Below the pieces are notes generated by a model. That model made no database searches. It saw nothing but the letters and a program-made list of their open reading frames with translations, and had not been told where the DNA came from. From an uncultured Acidobacteriaceae bacterium (lineage in GTDB: Bacteria; Acidobacteriota; Terriglobia; Acidiferrales; UBA7541), in NCBI GenBank assembly GCA_964533185.1, contig CAZHLD010000002.1, positions 59,791-123,790 of the forward strand: a stretch of 64,000 nucleotides of DNA, written 5' to 3'. Numbering within the stretch: the first letter of the stretch is position 1; each line of letters opens with the position of its first letter. The position numbers were made by a program, and so were the translations under genes. Shown piece by piece: positions 8,257-18,732 of this stretch.

Positions 8257-10101
8257 TTGATTTCGCGCAGTGAACTCGGGCGTCTGCTCTCTTACGTCAG
8301 GCCGTACTCCGGCCGGATGACTGTGGCCATTCTGCTGCTGGCCGTCGTCGGGATGACCGAGGGCCTCACCGCGCTGATGATCACGCCGGCCGTGGACCGA
8401 GTACTGAACCCGGCGGTCACCGACCCAGCGCTTCCGCTGCTCAAATTGCCGTGGGGCGGGCCGACCATCTACCTGAACTCCTTCTTCCCCAGCAGCATCC
8501 GTTACGTCTGGACGGTCTTTGCCATCTCGCTGGTCGTAATTTTCATTGGCAAGGCGATCTCAGAATTCTTCGGCAGCTTGCTGATTCAATACGTGGGTCA
8601 TGCTGCGGTCACCGACCTCCGGAACCAGGTCTATGCCCGCTTGATCCGGCAGCCCATCGGCTTCTTCCAGCACAACCCGACCGGACGGCTGATGTCTGCC
8701 GTGATTAGTAACGTCGAGCGCGTCCGCAGCGCGCTTTCCGAGTGGCTGGCTGACTTTTTCCGCCAGTCGTTCACCTTCATCTCCTATGGCCTGGTGCTTC
8801 TCCTGGTGGACTGGAAAATGGCTCTGGGGGCACTCATTGTCTTCCCGCTGGCCCTGATTCCGCTCAGCCGGCTGGGCCGACGCATCCGTCGCGGCGTTGA
8901 AGACAGCCAGTCTCGCCTGGCCGAGCTGAGCCAGATTCTCCAGGAAACAGTCAGCGGCAATCGCGTGGTCAAGGCGTTCGGCATGGAGGATTTTGAGATC
9001 GGCAAGTTCCGGTCTACGGCACGGCGCTTACTGCGGGAGAACATGCGTTGGATTCGCGCCCACCTGCTAAGCTCCCCGCTGATGGAAATCCTCGGCGCAC
9101 TCGTTTTTGCGATGGTCTTGCTTTATGCGCGCGACCAGATTCGTCTCGGTGTGATGACCATCGGCACGTTTGGCACGTTTGTCTTCGCCTTGCTGAGAGT
9201 CTATGAACCGGTCAAACGCATGGGGATCATCTACAACCAGTTTCAGCAGGCGCTTGGTGCCAGCTCGCAGGTCTTTACGTACTTGGATCTGCCCGAGGAG
9301 CAAACGGACGCGCCGGGGGCTCGTCTGCTTTCGCCTTTTTCGCAAAGCATCGAGTTCGATGACGTCTGCTTTGCCTACGATTCCGGCCCTTTAATCCTGA
9401 GGAATATCAACCTGACTGCCCGCGCGGGTGAGGTCATCGCAATTGTGGGTTCGAGCGGGGCGGGGAAGACCACCCTGGTCAACCTGATCCCGCGCTTCCA
9501 TGCCGTGGCGTCAGGCGAGCTGCGCATCGATGGCATCAACGTCAACGAGGTCTCGATCCGCTCGCTCCGCGAGCAGATTGCCATCGTCACCCAGGAGACC
9601 ATCCTCTTCCACGATACGGTCTGGAACAACATCTGCTACGGACGCCCGGAGATGCACGAAGCGCGTGTATTTGCCGCCGCTCAGGCTGCCCTCGCCCATG
9701 ACTTTATCCTGGAGTTGCCGCAAGGCTACCAAACGGTGCTAGGTGAGCGCGGCCAGCGGCTGAGCGGAGGGCAGCGTCAGCGCCTGGCCATTGCTCGCGC
9801 CCTGCTGAAGAATTCGCCGATTCTCATCCTTGATGAGGCCACCTCCGAGCTCGACTCCGAGTCGGAGCTGCTCGTCCAGCGGGCTTTGGCCAACCTGATG
9901 GTCGGCCGCACCGTCTTCGTCATTGCCCACCGGCTGTCAACCATCCGGCGCTCCGATAAGATCCTCGTTCTCGAAGACGGCGGAATTGCCGAATCCGGCA
10001 CGCATCAGGAGCTGCTGGCCCGGGGCGGGTCCTACTCTCGCCTTTATGAACTGCAATTCGCCGGCGCCGATCGCGCCAGCCTTCCCACGGGTCTCGCGTG
10101 A
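8257..10101 (+). CDS. ABC exporter, fused permease/ATPase (MsbA-like lipid A flippase family)
   Basis: 6-TM exporter domain plus an NBD with GSSGAGKTT, LSGGQRQRLAIAR and ILILDEATS. The specific substrate cannot be read from sequence. Confidence 0.75.
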   Translation: MISRSELGRLLSYVRPYSGRMTVAILLLAVVGMTEGLTALMITPAVDRVLNPAVTDPALPLLKLPWGGPTIYLNSFFPSSIRYVWTVFAISLVVIFIGKAISEFFGSLLIQYVGHAAVTDLRNQVYARLIRQPIGFFQHNPTGRLMSAVISNVERVRSALSEWLADFFRQSFTFISYGLVLLLVDWKMALGALIVFPLALIPLSRLGRRIRRGVEDSQSRLAELSQILQETVSGNRVVKAFGMEDFEIGKFRSTARRLLRENMRWIRAHLLSSPLMEILGALVFAMVLLYARDQIRLGVMTIGTFGTFVFALLRVYEPVKRMGIIYNQFQQALGASSQVFTYLDLPEEQTDAPGARLLSPFSQSIEFDDVCFAYDSGPLILRNINLTARAGEVIAIVGSSGAGKTTLVNLIPRFHAVASGELRIDGINVNEVSIRSLREQIAIVTQETILFHDTVWNNICYGRPEMHEARVFAAAQAALAHDFILELPQGYQTVLGERGQRLSGGQRQRLAIARALLKNSPILILDEATSELDSESELLVQRALANLMVGRTVFVIAHRLSTIRRSDKILVLEDGGIAESGTHQELLARGGSYSRLYELQFAGADRASLPTGLA

Positions 10102-11033
10102 ACATGAATCCCACGCCGCACAAGACGGCTCTGAAGTCCATGACCGGCTACGCTCAGGCGCGTGCCGAGCAGGACGGCTGGGCACTGCGCATCAGCTTGC
10201 GCAGCGTCAATCATCGCTTTCTCGATCTGCGCCTGCGTCTGCCGGAAGGCTTCGAAGCGGTTGAGCCGTTGATTCGCCAGGTGCTGCGCGAGCGCCTGCG
10301 CCGCGGACACATCGACGTGACTCTGCATTTCGAGCCAGTGGGTCCTGCGGCCGTCCAGGTGAACTCCCAGCTCGCGGAAGCCTACCTCCGCGCTGCGGAG
10401 GACCTGCGCCGGAAGTTCGATTTGCGGGCCGAACCGGATCTGGTAGCGGTGATGCGCCTACCCGGGGTGGTTGCCGCAGCGGGCGCGCCCAACGGTGCCT
10501 TCAATGAAGAATTGCAGGAGCGCCTGACGGGACGCATTTCCGCGTGTCTCGGCGAGGCCCTGGAGCGGCTTGAGGAGATGCGCCGCACCGAAGGGGCTCA
10601 GCTTGCTGCTGAGATGGCCCGCCGCCTGGACTCCATCGCGGATCGTGCCGGCCGCATCGAAGCTCTGGCCGAGCGCATGCGCCCGGCCTATGCCCGGCGT
10701 CTCGAGGCTCGCCTGAAAGAATTGCTGGGCACCACGCCGCTCGACCCGGCGCGTCTGGCGCAGGAGGCGGCCTTGCTGGCCGAGCGTGGCGACGTTAGCG
10801 AAGAGATCGCGCGGCTGCGTAGCCACGTTGAACAATTCCGCAAGCTGCTGGCTGCGGCGGGCGAAGTCGGGAAAAAGCTCGATTTCCTCCTGCAGGAAAT
10901 GCAGCGCGAGGCCAATACAATTCTTTCGAAGACGCCCGGCGTCGAAGCCGAAGGGTTGGAGGTCACCGACCTGGCGTTGGAAGTTAAGTCCGAAATCGAA
11001 AAACTGCGCGAACAGGTGCAAAACGTCGAATGA
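10098..11033 (+). CDS. yicC: YicC-family stress-induced protein
   Basis: SMTGYAQA...LRSVNHRFLDL at the N-terminus and ...EIEKLREQVQNVE at the C-terminus. The true start may be ATG 10140. There is a 4-nt overlap with the upstream stop. Confidence 0.8.
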   Translation: MNMNPTPHKTALKSMTGYAQARAEQDGWALRISLRSVNHRFLDLRLRLPEGFEAVEPLIRQVLRERLRRGHIDVTLHFEPVGPAAVQVNSQLAEAYLRAAEDLRRKFDLRAEPDLVAVMRLPGVVAAAGAPNGAFNEELQERLTGRISACLGEALERLEEMRRTEGAQLAAEMARRLDSIADRAGRIEALAERMRPAYARRLEARLKELLGTTPLDPARLAQEAALLAERGDVSEEIARLRSHVEQFRKLLAAAGEVGKKLDFLLQEMQREANTILSKTPGVEAEGLEVTDLALEVKSEIEKLREQVQNVE

Positions 11034-11662
11034 GCGAGCCGCGCCCTGCTGACCCTCTTGTGCTGATTGTTTCCGGCCCCTCCGGTTCGGGCAAATCCAC
11101 TCTGGTGGAGAAAATCCTGGAGCTGCCCGGTACGCTCTTTTCCATTTCGTGCACCACGCGGCCCCCGCGCTCCACCGAAGTGCCGGGAAAATGGTATGAT
11201 TTTGTTTCCAAGCCCGAATTCGACCGCATGGTCGCGCAGGGCGAGTTCCTCGAGCACGCCCGCGTCTTTGGCAAGCACTCCTACGGCACGCCGAAGAAGT
11301 GGTTCGAGGAAGCGCGGGTTCGCGGGCTCGATCTGGTCCTGGAGATCGATGTTCAGGGGGCCGAGCAGGTGAAACAGAAGCTCCCGCAGGCGGTGGCAAT
11401 CTTCATCCTGCCGCCCTCACGCCAGGAGCTGGAAAAGCGTATCCGCGCCCGGGGACTGGATTCGGAAGAGGCCATTGCGCGGCGACTGGAGCGCGCCCGG
11501 CAGGAGATTCAGCGTTACCGCGAGTACGACTTTATCGTCGTGAACGACGATCTGGAGCGCGCCGGCCGCGAGGTTCAGGCGATCGCAATGGCTGCACGCC
11601 TGCGGAACGGCCGGTACACCGAGCGCATCCGCAACATCGTAGATTCTTTTGGAGGCACGTAA
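11030..11662 (+). CDS. gmk: Guanylate kinase
   Basis: GPSGSGKST P-loop and CTTRPPRSTEVPGKWYDFVS. ATGA overlap with yicC. Confidence 0.9.
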   Translation: MSEPRPADPLVLIVSGPSGSGKSTLVEKILELPGTLFSISCTTRPPRSTEVPGKWYDFVSKPEFDRMVAQGEFLEHARVFGKHSYGTPKKWFEEARVRGLDLVLEIDVQGAEQVKQKLPQAVAIFILPPSRQELEKRIRARGLDSEEAIARRLERARQEIQRYREYDFIVVNDDLERAGREVQAIAMAARLRNGRYTERIRNIVDSFGGT

Positions 11663-11666
11663 GACC

Positions 11667-11894
11667 ATGGCCGTATTAACCATTGCACCCGAATGCAAGT
11701 TTTCTTATGTCGTCGTAGCGGCACGCCGCGCCCGGCAGTTGATGCTAGGGGCACGCCCGCTGATGGACCATACACGCTCCTCGAAGTACACCCGCGTGGC
11801 GATGGAAGAGCTGGACCGGGGCTTGCTCGAATACACGGTTCCCGAGTTGCCGGGCGGGCCCGAGGAGAAAGAAGGGAAGCGGCGCAAGGAGTAG
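11667..11894 (+). CDS. rpoZ: RNA polymerase omega subunit
   Basis: ...YVVVAARRARQLM... core. ATG 11667 lies 11 nt after GGAGG (11651-11655). The ORF-track start at 11649 overlaps gmk and is less likely. Confidence 0.75.
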   Translation: MAVLTIAPECKFSYVVVAARRARQLMLGARPLMDHTRSSKYTRVAMEELDRGLLEYTVPELPGGPEEKEGKRRKE

Positions 11895-11909
11895 CGCGCC
11901 GGCCACAGG

Positions 11910-13145
11910 ATGCGAGTTGCGCTCGGAGTCACCGGAGGCGTGGCGGCCTACAAGGCTGCGGAGCTGGTGCGCCGGCTTCAGCAGGAGGGCCTCGAGGTGC
12001 AGGTCATCATGACCCGTAGCGCGCAGCAGTTCATCGCCCCGCTCACGTTTGCAGCGCTGACCGGCCAGAAGGTCATCACTGAGATGTTCGCTGCCGACTC
12101 CGGCGCCCCGGCCAACGTCGAAAGCGCGATCGAGCACATCGCTGTCGCACAGCGCATTGACGCGCTGGTCATCGCCCCGGCCACGGCAAATACTCTGGCC
12201 CGGCTAGCGCGCGGCATTGCCGACGATTTCCTAACCACGCTTTATCTGGCGACCACAGCACCGGTAATTGTTGCCCCGGCGATGAACGTCAATATGTGGG
12301 AGCATGCCGCAACGCAGGAAAACCTGCGCCTCCTGCGCGAGCGCGGCGCGCGCGTGGTTTCTCCCGACGAAGGGTATCTCGCCTGTGGCATGGTCGGCGC
12401 GGGACGCCTGGCCGGCACCGAAGCCATTGTGCAGGCCGTGCTCGAGGCGCTGGGCGTCAGCCATGACCTCGAGCGAGAAACAGTCCTGGTCACGGCCGGC
12501 CCCACCTGCGAGGACATTGATCCGGTCCGGTACATTACCAATCGCTCCTCTGGCAAGATGGGCTACGCGCTGGCCGAAGCGGCGCGACGCCGGGGGGCCC
12601 GCGTCATCCTGGTCAGCGGTCCCACAGCGCTTGAGCCGCCTTCGGGCGTGGAGTTGGTTTCTGTTCGCACAACGGAGCAGATGCATCGCGCGGTACTCGA
12701 CCGCGCCGCAGAAGCGACGATCGTAGTGATGGCCGCCGCCGTAGCAGACTACCGGCCGACGGTTCAGCACTCCAAGAAACTGAAGCGCGGCTCCGGTCCT
12801 TCCTCCCTTGCTCTCGAGCCAACACCTGACATCTTGGCTGATCTCGCGCGGCAAAAGAGTGACCGAATTCTGGTGGGCTTCGCCGCCGAAACAAACGACG
12901 TGGCTGCAAACGCTCGCAAGAAGCTGGCCTCCAAGGGCGCGGATCTAGTTGTCGCCAACGACGTCACGCAGAAAGGCGCCGGCTTCGACGTCGAAACCAA
13001 CATTGTCTCCATCTTCACGCGTGACGGCCGCGAAATCTCTCTGCCGCAATTGCCAAAGTTCGACGTCGCCAATCGGGTCTTCGACGAAGTCCTCCAGTTG
13101 CGCCGGTCCTCTCGCCCCGCATCCACAGCTTCTAGGCAGCAATGA
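11910..13145 (+). CDS. coaBC: Bifunctional phosphopantothenoylcysteine decarboxylase / synthetase
   Basis: Flavoprotein N-domain (GVTGGVAAYKA) plus DFP C-domain (ITNRSSGKMG, AAAVADYRP). Confidence 0.9.
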   Translation: MRVALGVTGGVAAYKAAELVRRLQQEGLEVQVIMTRSAQQFIAPLTFAALTGQKVITEMFAADSGAPANVESAIEHIAVAQRIDALVIAPATANTLARLARGIADDFLTTLYLATTAPVIVAPAMNVNMWEHAATQENLRLLRERGARVVSPDEGYLACGMVGAGRLAGTEAIVQAVLEALGVSHDLERETVLVTAGPTCEDIDPVRYITNRSSGKMGYALAEAARRRGARVILVSGPTALEPPSGVELVSVRTTEQMHRAVLDRAAEATIVVMAAAVADYRPTVQHSKKLKRGSGPSSLALEPTPDILADLARQKSDRILVGFAAETNDVAANARKKLASKGADLVVANDVTQKGAGFDVETNIVSIFTRDGREISLPQLPKFDVANRVFDEVLQLRRSSRPASTASRQQ

Positions 13146-13969
13146 ACCCGGAAACTCGAGACAAGCTCGCCGCACGGCTTCGCTATTACGATGATCTCGG
13201 GCTTGGCTCTTTCTATTGCGACCGCCAGCCAGGACCCGCCCAAATGCCTGCACCTTCGCCTGAGCCCAAGATGCCGCCAAGGGGCGTGTCACAAGTGGTA
13301 GGCGTCCCTCGTCCGGCTCCGTCGGTGCGTCCATCAGCGAGCACCGTCTTGCCCGTCCTGGAGGCGCCGAGTCTCTTCGAATCCCTCGACCGCATCGAAG
13401 GCGAAACCCTAGATCAGATTCGCGAGACGCTCGGCGAGTGCACCCGCTGCCGGCTGCACAAGGGTCGCAATAAGATTGTTTTCGGCGTCGGCGATCCAAA
13501 GGCTGATTTGGTTTTCGTCGGCGAAGGACCGGGCCACGATGAAGACATCCAGGGTCTGCCCTTCGTTGGCCGGGCTGGCCAGTTGCTCAACCAGATGATC
13601 GAAGCCATGGGGCTGCACCGCGACGACGTGTACATCTGTAACATCGTGAAGTGTCGCCCCCCGGAAAACCGCACGCCGGAAAAAGACGAGATCGCCACCT
13701 GCTCTCCCTTTCTGTTGCGACAGCTCGCCGTCATAGCGCCAAAGGTTATCGTCTGCTTGGGGAATGTTGCCGCACAGACAATGCTCGGCACTAAAAAATC
13801 CATCTCGCATTTCCGCGGCCAGTGGTTCGATTTTCGCGGTTCGCGCTTGTTGGCCACCTATCATCCTGCCTACCTGCTGCGCAATCCCAACGCCAAGCCG
13901 GAAGTCTGGAAGGATCTTCAAGAGGTCATGGCTGTCCTCGGCCTGACGCCCCCGCCGAAGAAGCGCTAA
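13142..13969 (+). CDS. Family-4 uracil-DNA glycosylase with a Pro-rich N-terminal extension
   Basis: Motifs GECTRCRL, GEGPGHDED, FVGRAG and HPAYLLRNP. ATGA overlap with coaBC. Confidence 0.8.
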   Translation: MNPETRDKLAARLRYYDDLGLGSFYCDRQPGPAQMPAPSPEPKMPPRGVSQVVGVPRPAPSVRPSASTVLPVLEAPSLFESLDRIEGETLDQIRETLGECTRCRLHKGRNKIVFGVGDPKADLVFVGEGPGHDEDIQGLPFVGRAGQLLNQMIEAMGLHRDDVYICNIVKCRPPENRTPEKDEIATCSPFLLRQLAVIAPKVIVCLGNVAAQTMLGTKKSISHFRGQWFDFRGSRLLATYHPAYLLRNPNAKPEVWKDLQEVMAVLGLTPPPKKR

Positions 13970-14030
13970 CTTTCCATAGACGCAGGCGCCGTTCCGCACA
14001 CCACGGCTGCTGTTACACTATCGGCTGCCT

Positions 14031-16463
14031 ATGGCTCCCCGTTTCTGCGAAGTCGCCGCACCGGTGCCGTTGCGGAAGACCTTTACGTATTCCATCCCCG
14101 GATCGCTGCAGGACGCGGTCGTGCCGGGCAGTCGCGTGGTCGTACCCTTTCGCAACCGCGCATTAGTGGGTGTCGTTCTGGCGCTCACCCAGCGAGCTCC
14201 AGCAGAAACAAAGGTACGTGAGATTGTCGAAGTGCTCGATCCGGTTCCTGCCATTCCACCAAGGCTGATCGAACTGGGCCAATGGGTGGCGCAGTACTAC
14301 CTGGCTCCGCCCGGAGAAGTGTTTCGCGGCCTCCTCCCGCCCGCAGCCGACATCCGCCTCGAACGCGAACTCTCGTTGACCGAGGCGGGTCGTCAGCACA
14401 TCGCTGAGTTCAACTCGCGCGGCAACCGCAGCGAAGCGGAAATTGCCGACCTGGCTCTTCTCCAGCTCTGCGAAGTGGAAGGCCGGCCGGTTCGCTTCAG
14501 CAGCCTCAGAAAACTTCCCGGCGGGGAAGCGGCTGCCGCGCGTCTCGTGAGGGGAGGAATGCTGGAGGCCCGGGAAGTTGCCCACCGGCGAAATGCCCGC
14601 GTGCAGAAGATCCTGGCGTGGAATCCGGAGGCAAGTGTCCCTGCGGACGAGGCCGGTCGCCGTATTTGCGAGGCGCTCCTTTCCGTGCGCGGGCCGCTGC
14701 CGCTTGCCCGGCTGCTCGAGCAGGCCGATGTCTCACGCTCTGTCGTCGCGCGCCTCGAAAAGTATGGTGCCCTGCGATCCTGGGAAGAGCCGCTGAGTGT
14801 CGAGGAAGAGCTATTGGAATCGGATTGTTCTCCCCCCGGCAACGTGCTCAATCCCGCGCAACGGCGTGCCGTTGCCGAAATCACCGGCTGGCTCGACTGC
14901 GGTGAGTTCATAGTCGGTTTGCTCTTCGGAGTCACCGGCAGTGGCAAGACCGAGGTGTACTTGCGGGCCGTCAAGGCTGCTCTGGCCCGCGGACGTGCGG
15001 CCCTGCTGCTCGTGCCCGAGATTGCACTGACCATCTGGATGGGCCGCCTCTGCCGCGCCTGGTTCGGCGAAGGCGTCGCCGTACTCCACTCGGCCTTGCC
15101 GGAGACCGAGCGCGCGCGCGAATGGTGGCGTGTGCGGCGCGGGGAGGCGCGCGTCGTCGTCGGCACGCGGTCTGCGGTCTTCGCCCCGCTCGAGAACGTC
15201 GGCCTGGTCATCGTGGACGAAGAGCAGGAATCCGCCTACAAGCAAGAGGAAACGCCCCGTTATAACGGGCGCGATGTCGCCATTATGCGTGCTCGAATGG
15301 AGAACGCCGTCACTCTGCTTGGTTCAGCCACGCCTTCCCTCGAGAGTTTCCACCACGCCCAGACCGGCAAGTATCGGCTGTTGCAGCTCGAAACGCGCAT
15401 CGAGAACCGCCCGCTGGCCGCGGTCGAGATTGTTGACCTTCGCGAAGACTTCCGCCAGACGCATCGCGCCGGCCCCATCTCAGGCCAACTGGACACCGCG
15501 ATTGCCTGGCGGCTGGCCGAGGGCACGCAGGCGCTGGTGCTCATCAACCGCCGGGGATATTCCTGGTTTCTGCTCTGCCGGAGCTGTGGCGCCACCGTAC
15601 AGTGCGAGAACTGCAGCATCTCGCTCACCTATCACAAACGCAGCGACCGGCTTCTCTGCCACTATTGCGGCTATACGCGCCGTGTGCCGAAGACGTGCCC
15701 GAAGTGCCAGTCCGAATACGTTTATTTCGTGGGCGAAGGCTCCGAGCAACTCGAGGAAAAGCTCCGCGAACGATTTCCGGACGCTCGCGTGGGCCGGTTG
15801 GACCGCGATGCGGTCCGCTCCAAACGCGAGTATCAGAAGGTGCTGGGCGCATTCGCCACCGGCAGACTGGATCTGCTGGTCGGCACGCAAATGGTGGCCA
15901 AGGGTCACGATTTCCAGCGCGTCACCTTGGTGGGCGTCGTCTCGGCCGACACGGCTCTTGCCCTCCCTGACTTCCGCGCTGCCGAGCGCACCTTTCAATT
16001 GTTGACGCAGGTGGCTGGCCGGGCGGGAAGGGGCGAGCTGCCCGGCGTCGTACTGGTGCAAACGTATTTCCCGGAGCACTACGCCATCCAGCACGCCGCG
16101 CGGCAGGATTACCTGGGCTTCTTTGAAAAAGAGTTGCACTTCCGGCGTCTGATGAACTACCCGCCCTTCACTGCGCTGGCCAACCTCATTGTGCGCGACC
16201 GCAAAATGGAAAACGCGGTCCGATGGTCCCGCGCGCTGGATGGATTCCTGACTAAGCAGGAATCCAGCGGCCTACGTGTCCTGGGACCTTCGCCGGCCCC
16301 GCTGGCACGGCTTCGTCAGGAATACCGCTTCCAGTTTCTCTTGAAGTCGCCCCGCCGCACTCTGCTCACACGGACCCTGGCAGCAGCCCTGGATTTCTGC
16401 GCGAAGAAGGAGATTCCGGAGAGCGCCGTGCATGTGGATGTGGATCCGTTGAGCTTGCTCTGA
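14031..16463 (+). CDS. priA: Primosomal replication restart helicase PriA
   Basis: Walker A GVTGSGKTEVY, Walker B VIVDEEQE, and the Cys-rich zinc region CRSCGATVQCENCSISLTYHKRSDRLLCHYCGY...CPKC. Confidence 0.9.
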   Translation: MAPRFCEVAAPVPLRKTFTYSIPGSLQDAVVPGSRVVVPFRNRALVGVVLALTQRAPAETKVREIVEVLDPVPAIPPRLIELGQWVAQYYLAPPGEVFRGLLPPAADIRLERELSLTEAGRQHIAEFNSRGNRSEAEIADLALLQLCEVEGRPVRFSSLRKLPGGEAAAARLVRGGMLEAREVAHRRNARVQKILAWNPEASVPADEAGRRICEALLSVRGPLPLARLLEQADVSRSVVARLEKYGALRSWEEPLSVEEELLESDCSPPGNVLNPAQRRAVAEITGWLDCGEFIVGLLFGVTGSGKTEVYLRAVKAALARGRAALLLVPEIALTIWMGRLCRAWFGEGVAVLHSALPETERAREWWRVRRGEARVVVGTRSAVFAPLENVGLVIVDEEQESAYKQEETPRYNGRDVAIMRARMENAVTLLGSATPSLESFHHAQTGKYRLLQLETRIENRPLAAVEIVDLREDFRQTHRAGPISGQLDTAIAWRLAEGTQALVLINRRGYSWFLLCRSCGATVQCENCSISLTYHKRSDRLLCHYCGYTRRVPKTCPKCQSEYVYFVGEGSEQLEEKLRERFPDARVGRLDRDAVRSKREYQKVLGAFATGRLDLLVGTQMVAKGHDFQRVTLVGVVSADTALALPDFRAAERTFQLLTQVAGRAGRGELPGVVLVQTYFPEHYAIQHAARQDYLGFFEKELHFRRLMNYPPFTALANLIVRDRKMENAVRWSRALDGFLTKQESSGLRVLGPSPAPLARLRQEYRFQFLLKSPRRTLLTRTLAAALDFCAKKEIPESAVHVDVDPLSLL

Positions 16464-16480
16464 CGAAGCAATGGGCTGTC

Positions 16481-17494
16481 TTAGCCAGATAAGATTTCCC
16501 GCAGCGATTGCCCCTCGAAGGGCCAGGGCGTGAAGCACAATAGAAAGATCAGCAGCGCAATAAGCGCCCAGACACGCCGCCGGCCATCAACTGGCTCCCA
16601 GCGGTCCACCAGCGGCGGGTGGCGAAAGCCAATCAGCAGCAGCAAGATCGCCCAGGGCAGCCATCCGGCCCAGCAATAGTAGGCCAGCGGAACCAGCAGC
16701 AGCGCGACCGCAAATGAAATTCGCCGGTGCCAGCCGCTGGCGAACGAGTAGAGGATGTGCCCGCCGTCCAACTGGCCTGCCGGAAGCAGATTGAGTGCCG
16801 TTGCAAACAATCCCACCCACGCCGCGCGAGCGATCGGGTGTAACAGCAAGTCTCCAGGCGCCACGTCCGGGCGCAGCCAGGCCTCGAGCAAACGAGGGAG
16901 CAGCGGATTACCGAAAATCACGGCAGAGTTCGCCTCTGCTTCGGGGACAACCTTTGAGAAAGCAATGCCGATGGCCAGCGCCGGTGCCGCAAATAAGAAG
17001 CCCACGATCGGGCCGGCGATGCCGACATCGAACAGCGCTTTTCGATTGACGATCGGCGAGCGGATGCGGATAAACGCGCCCAGCGTGCCGATCAAGGTTG
17101 GCGCCGGCAGAAAGTACGGGTAGCTTGCCGCGATCCCGTAATAGCGGCACGCGAAAAAGTGGCCCAACTCATGCGCCAGCAGGATGCCGATCAGGGTGAA
17201 CGAGAATGGAATCCCCGCCAGCAACAGCGCGGGACGGTCCAGGATCTCCACGTAGGCGAGGAAGAAACTCTCAAAGTCCGGCGCCTGGTTCCGGTCGTAG
17301 GCCAGGCTGAACTGCGCGCCGACCGCAAGCGTGGAGAGTACGGTCAGCAGGAAAAGAAACAGCGCGAAAATCAACGACCGGCGGCCACGACGCGCAGCCG
17401 CAGGTTGCCAATCGTGCCGAGGATTCAGTCGAGATTTCTCAGTTACTGCAAACACCTCGATCGGCTCCGGAGTGGTGCCGTTATCGCCGTTCAT
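16481..17494 (-). CDS. M50-family (site-2 protease-like) membrane metalloprotease
   Basis: HExxH within LAHELGHFFACRYYG and many TM segments. Confidence 0.8.
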   Translation of the reverse strand: MNGDNGTTPEPIEVFAVTEKSRLNPRHDWQPAAARRGRRSLIFALFLFLLTVLSTLAVGAQFSLAYDRNQAPDFESFFLAYVEILDRPALLLAGIPFSFTLIGILLAHELGHFFACRYYGIAASYPYFLPAPTLIGTLGAFIRIRSPIVNRKALFDVGIAGPIVGFLFAAPALAIGIAFSKVVPEAEANSAVIFGNPLLPRLLEAWLRPDVAPGDLLLHPIARAAWVGLFATALNLLPAGQLDGGHILYSFASGWHRRISFAVALLLVPLAYYCWAGWLPWAILLLLIGFRHPPLVDRWEPVDGRRRVWALIALLIFLLCFTPWPFEGQSLREILSG

Positions 17495-17575
17495 CGAGGC
17501 TGGCAGGCCAGTGAACTCGCCGGGGATGAAGAATAGCTGCGCAGAAAATGGAACGAAGCCGGGGAGGAGACTCGA

Positions 17576-17851
17576 TCATTTGACTTCGAGTGATTGGAGT
17601 TCCTTGCCGGGTTTGAACCGCACGGCCTTGCCGGGTGGGATGCTGACTTCTTCGCCCGTGCGCGGGTTGCGGCCGATGCCGGTCTTGCGGGGCCTCACGT
17701 TGAAGACGCCGAAGCGGCGCAGCTCGATGCGGTCGCCGCGTCCCAGTGCGTTCTTCATGGCTGCGAAAACCGTTTCGACAGCCTGTTCCGCTTTGGTCCG
17801 GGTGATGCCAGTGCGCTGAACGACGGCGTTGACGAGGTCGAGCTTGATCAC
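17576..17851 (-). CDS. HU/IHF-family DNA-binding protein
   Basis: 91 aa. The DNA-binding arm [28 protein letters not shown] is diagnostic of the family. Confidence 0.85.
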   Translation of the reverse strand: MIKLDLVNAVVQRTGITRTKAEQAVETVFAAMKNALGRGDRIELRRFGVFNVRPRKTGIGRNPRTGEEVSIPPGKAVRFKPGKELQSLEVK

Positions 17852-17900
17852 AACTGCCTCCTGCTCACGAAAGCGCCTATGCTAGACAGGCAGTTGCGGG

Positions 17901-17929
17901 TTGTCAAGCTGTGTACGCTGCGCTACACT
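17901..17929 (+). promoter_or_regulatory. Candidate sigma-70 promoter of dcd (TTGTCA-17 nt-TACACT)
   Basis: TTGTCA at 17901-17906, a 17-nt spacer, and TACACT at 17924-17929, about 50 nt upstream of ATG 17980. Pattern match only. Confidence 0.35.
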
Positions 17930-17979
17930 GCGCTCCCCTTTTCTGCTGCACGGGAAGCCTCAGGGACCAGGAGACCCGC

Positions 17980-18534
17980 ATGACCGTCAAGCCCGACCGC
18001 TGGATCCGCAAAATGGCGCTCGAACACAAGATGATCGAGCCGTTCGAAGACCGTCAGGTGTGCGACGGCGTGATCAGCTACGGCGTTTCCAGCTACGGCT
18101 ACGATCTCCGCGTTGCCGATGAGTTCCGCATCTTCACCAACGTCAACTCGACCATCGTGGACCCCAAGCACTTCGACGCCCGCTCGTTCGTCGAATTCAA
18201 GGGCCCGGTCTGCATTATTCCGCCCAACTCGTTTGCGCTTGGCCGCTCGGTCGAATACTTCCGCATCCCGCGCAATGTCCTGACCATCTGCGTGGGCAAA
18301 TCCACCTACGCGCGGTGCGGGATCATCGTCAACGTCACACCCTTCGAGCCGGAGTGGGAAGGCTTCGTGACGCTGGAAATCTCTAACACCACGCCCTTGC
18401 CCGCCCGGATTTACGCCAACGAGGGTCTCTGCCAGGTGGTCTTCTTCATGTCGGATGAGGACTGCGAAGTCTCCTACAAGGACAAGAAGGGGAAGTACCA
18501 GGCCCAGCAGGGAATCGTGCTCCCGCGCCTCTAA
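17980..18534 (+). CDS. dcd: dCTP deaminase
   Basis: [22 protein letters not shown]... and ...[36 protein letters not shown] lies upstream of ATG 17980. The 23 codons upstream in the ORF track look non-coding. Confidence 0.9.
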   Translation: MTVKPDRWIRKMALEHKMIEPFEDRQVCDGVISYGVSSYGYDLRVADEFRIFTNVNSTIVDPKHFDARSFVEFKGPVCIIPPNSFALGRSVEYFRIPRNVLTICVGKSTYARCGIIVNVTPFEPEWEGFVTLEISNTTPLPARIYANEGLCQVVFFMSDEDCEVSYKDKKGKYQAQQGIVLPRL

Positions 18535-18594
18535 CGCCCTCCTTCAGGCGGGTGATCCCGGTGGACTGCCGGGAGAAGCCTGCTTCGATTCGAC

Positions 18595-18732
18595 TTATCC
18601 TGTAGACAGCGGAAAGCCAAGCTTGCGCCAGCCGTCCAGGCCGCCGGCCAGCGCGCCGGTAGCGATCAGAATTGGCACGGCCAGCAGCGGCATGCCGATC
18701 TGTTCGGCGAAGACCCACACAAAGAGAACTGT
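18595..18732 (-). pseudogene. Stub of a DedA/VTT-family membrane protein (N-terminal ~45 codons only)
   Basis: Own minus-strand translation gives (T)VLFVWVFAEQIGMPLLAVPILIATGALAGGLDGWRKLGFPLSTG*, bounded by TAA upstream (18733-18735) and TAA at 18595-18597. It resembles the DedA N-terminal motif, and full-length proteins are ~200 aa. Confidence 0.35.

Noticed and set aside
17911-17979. N-terminal extensions offered by the ORF track (dcd 17911, cysS 29266, smc 28948, pstA 58677, yraN 32344, TPR-like 22033, mscS 44981, porin 55095)
   Set aside because: In each case an internal start aligns with the conserved family N-terminus and usually follows a Shine-Dalgarno. The upstream codons overlap neighbouring genes or look like translated non-coding DNA.
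18673-18688. Sigma-54 promoter search (TGGCAC-N5-TTGC), prompted by rpoN in the window
   Set aside because: The TGGCAC hits I found (18673, 38596 and a few TGGCA variants) lack a correctly spaced TTGC and lie in coding or remnant sequence.
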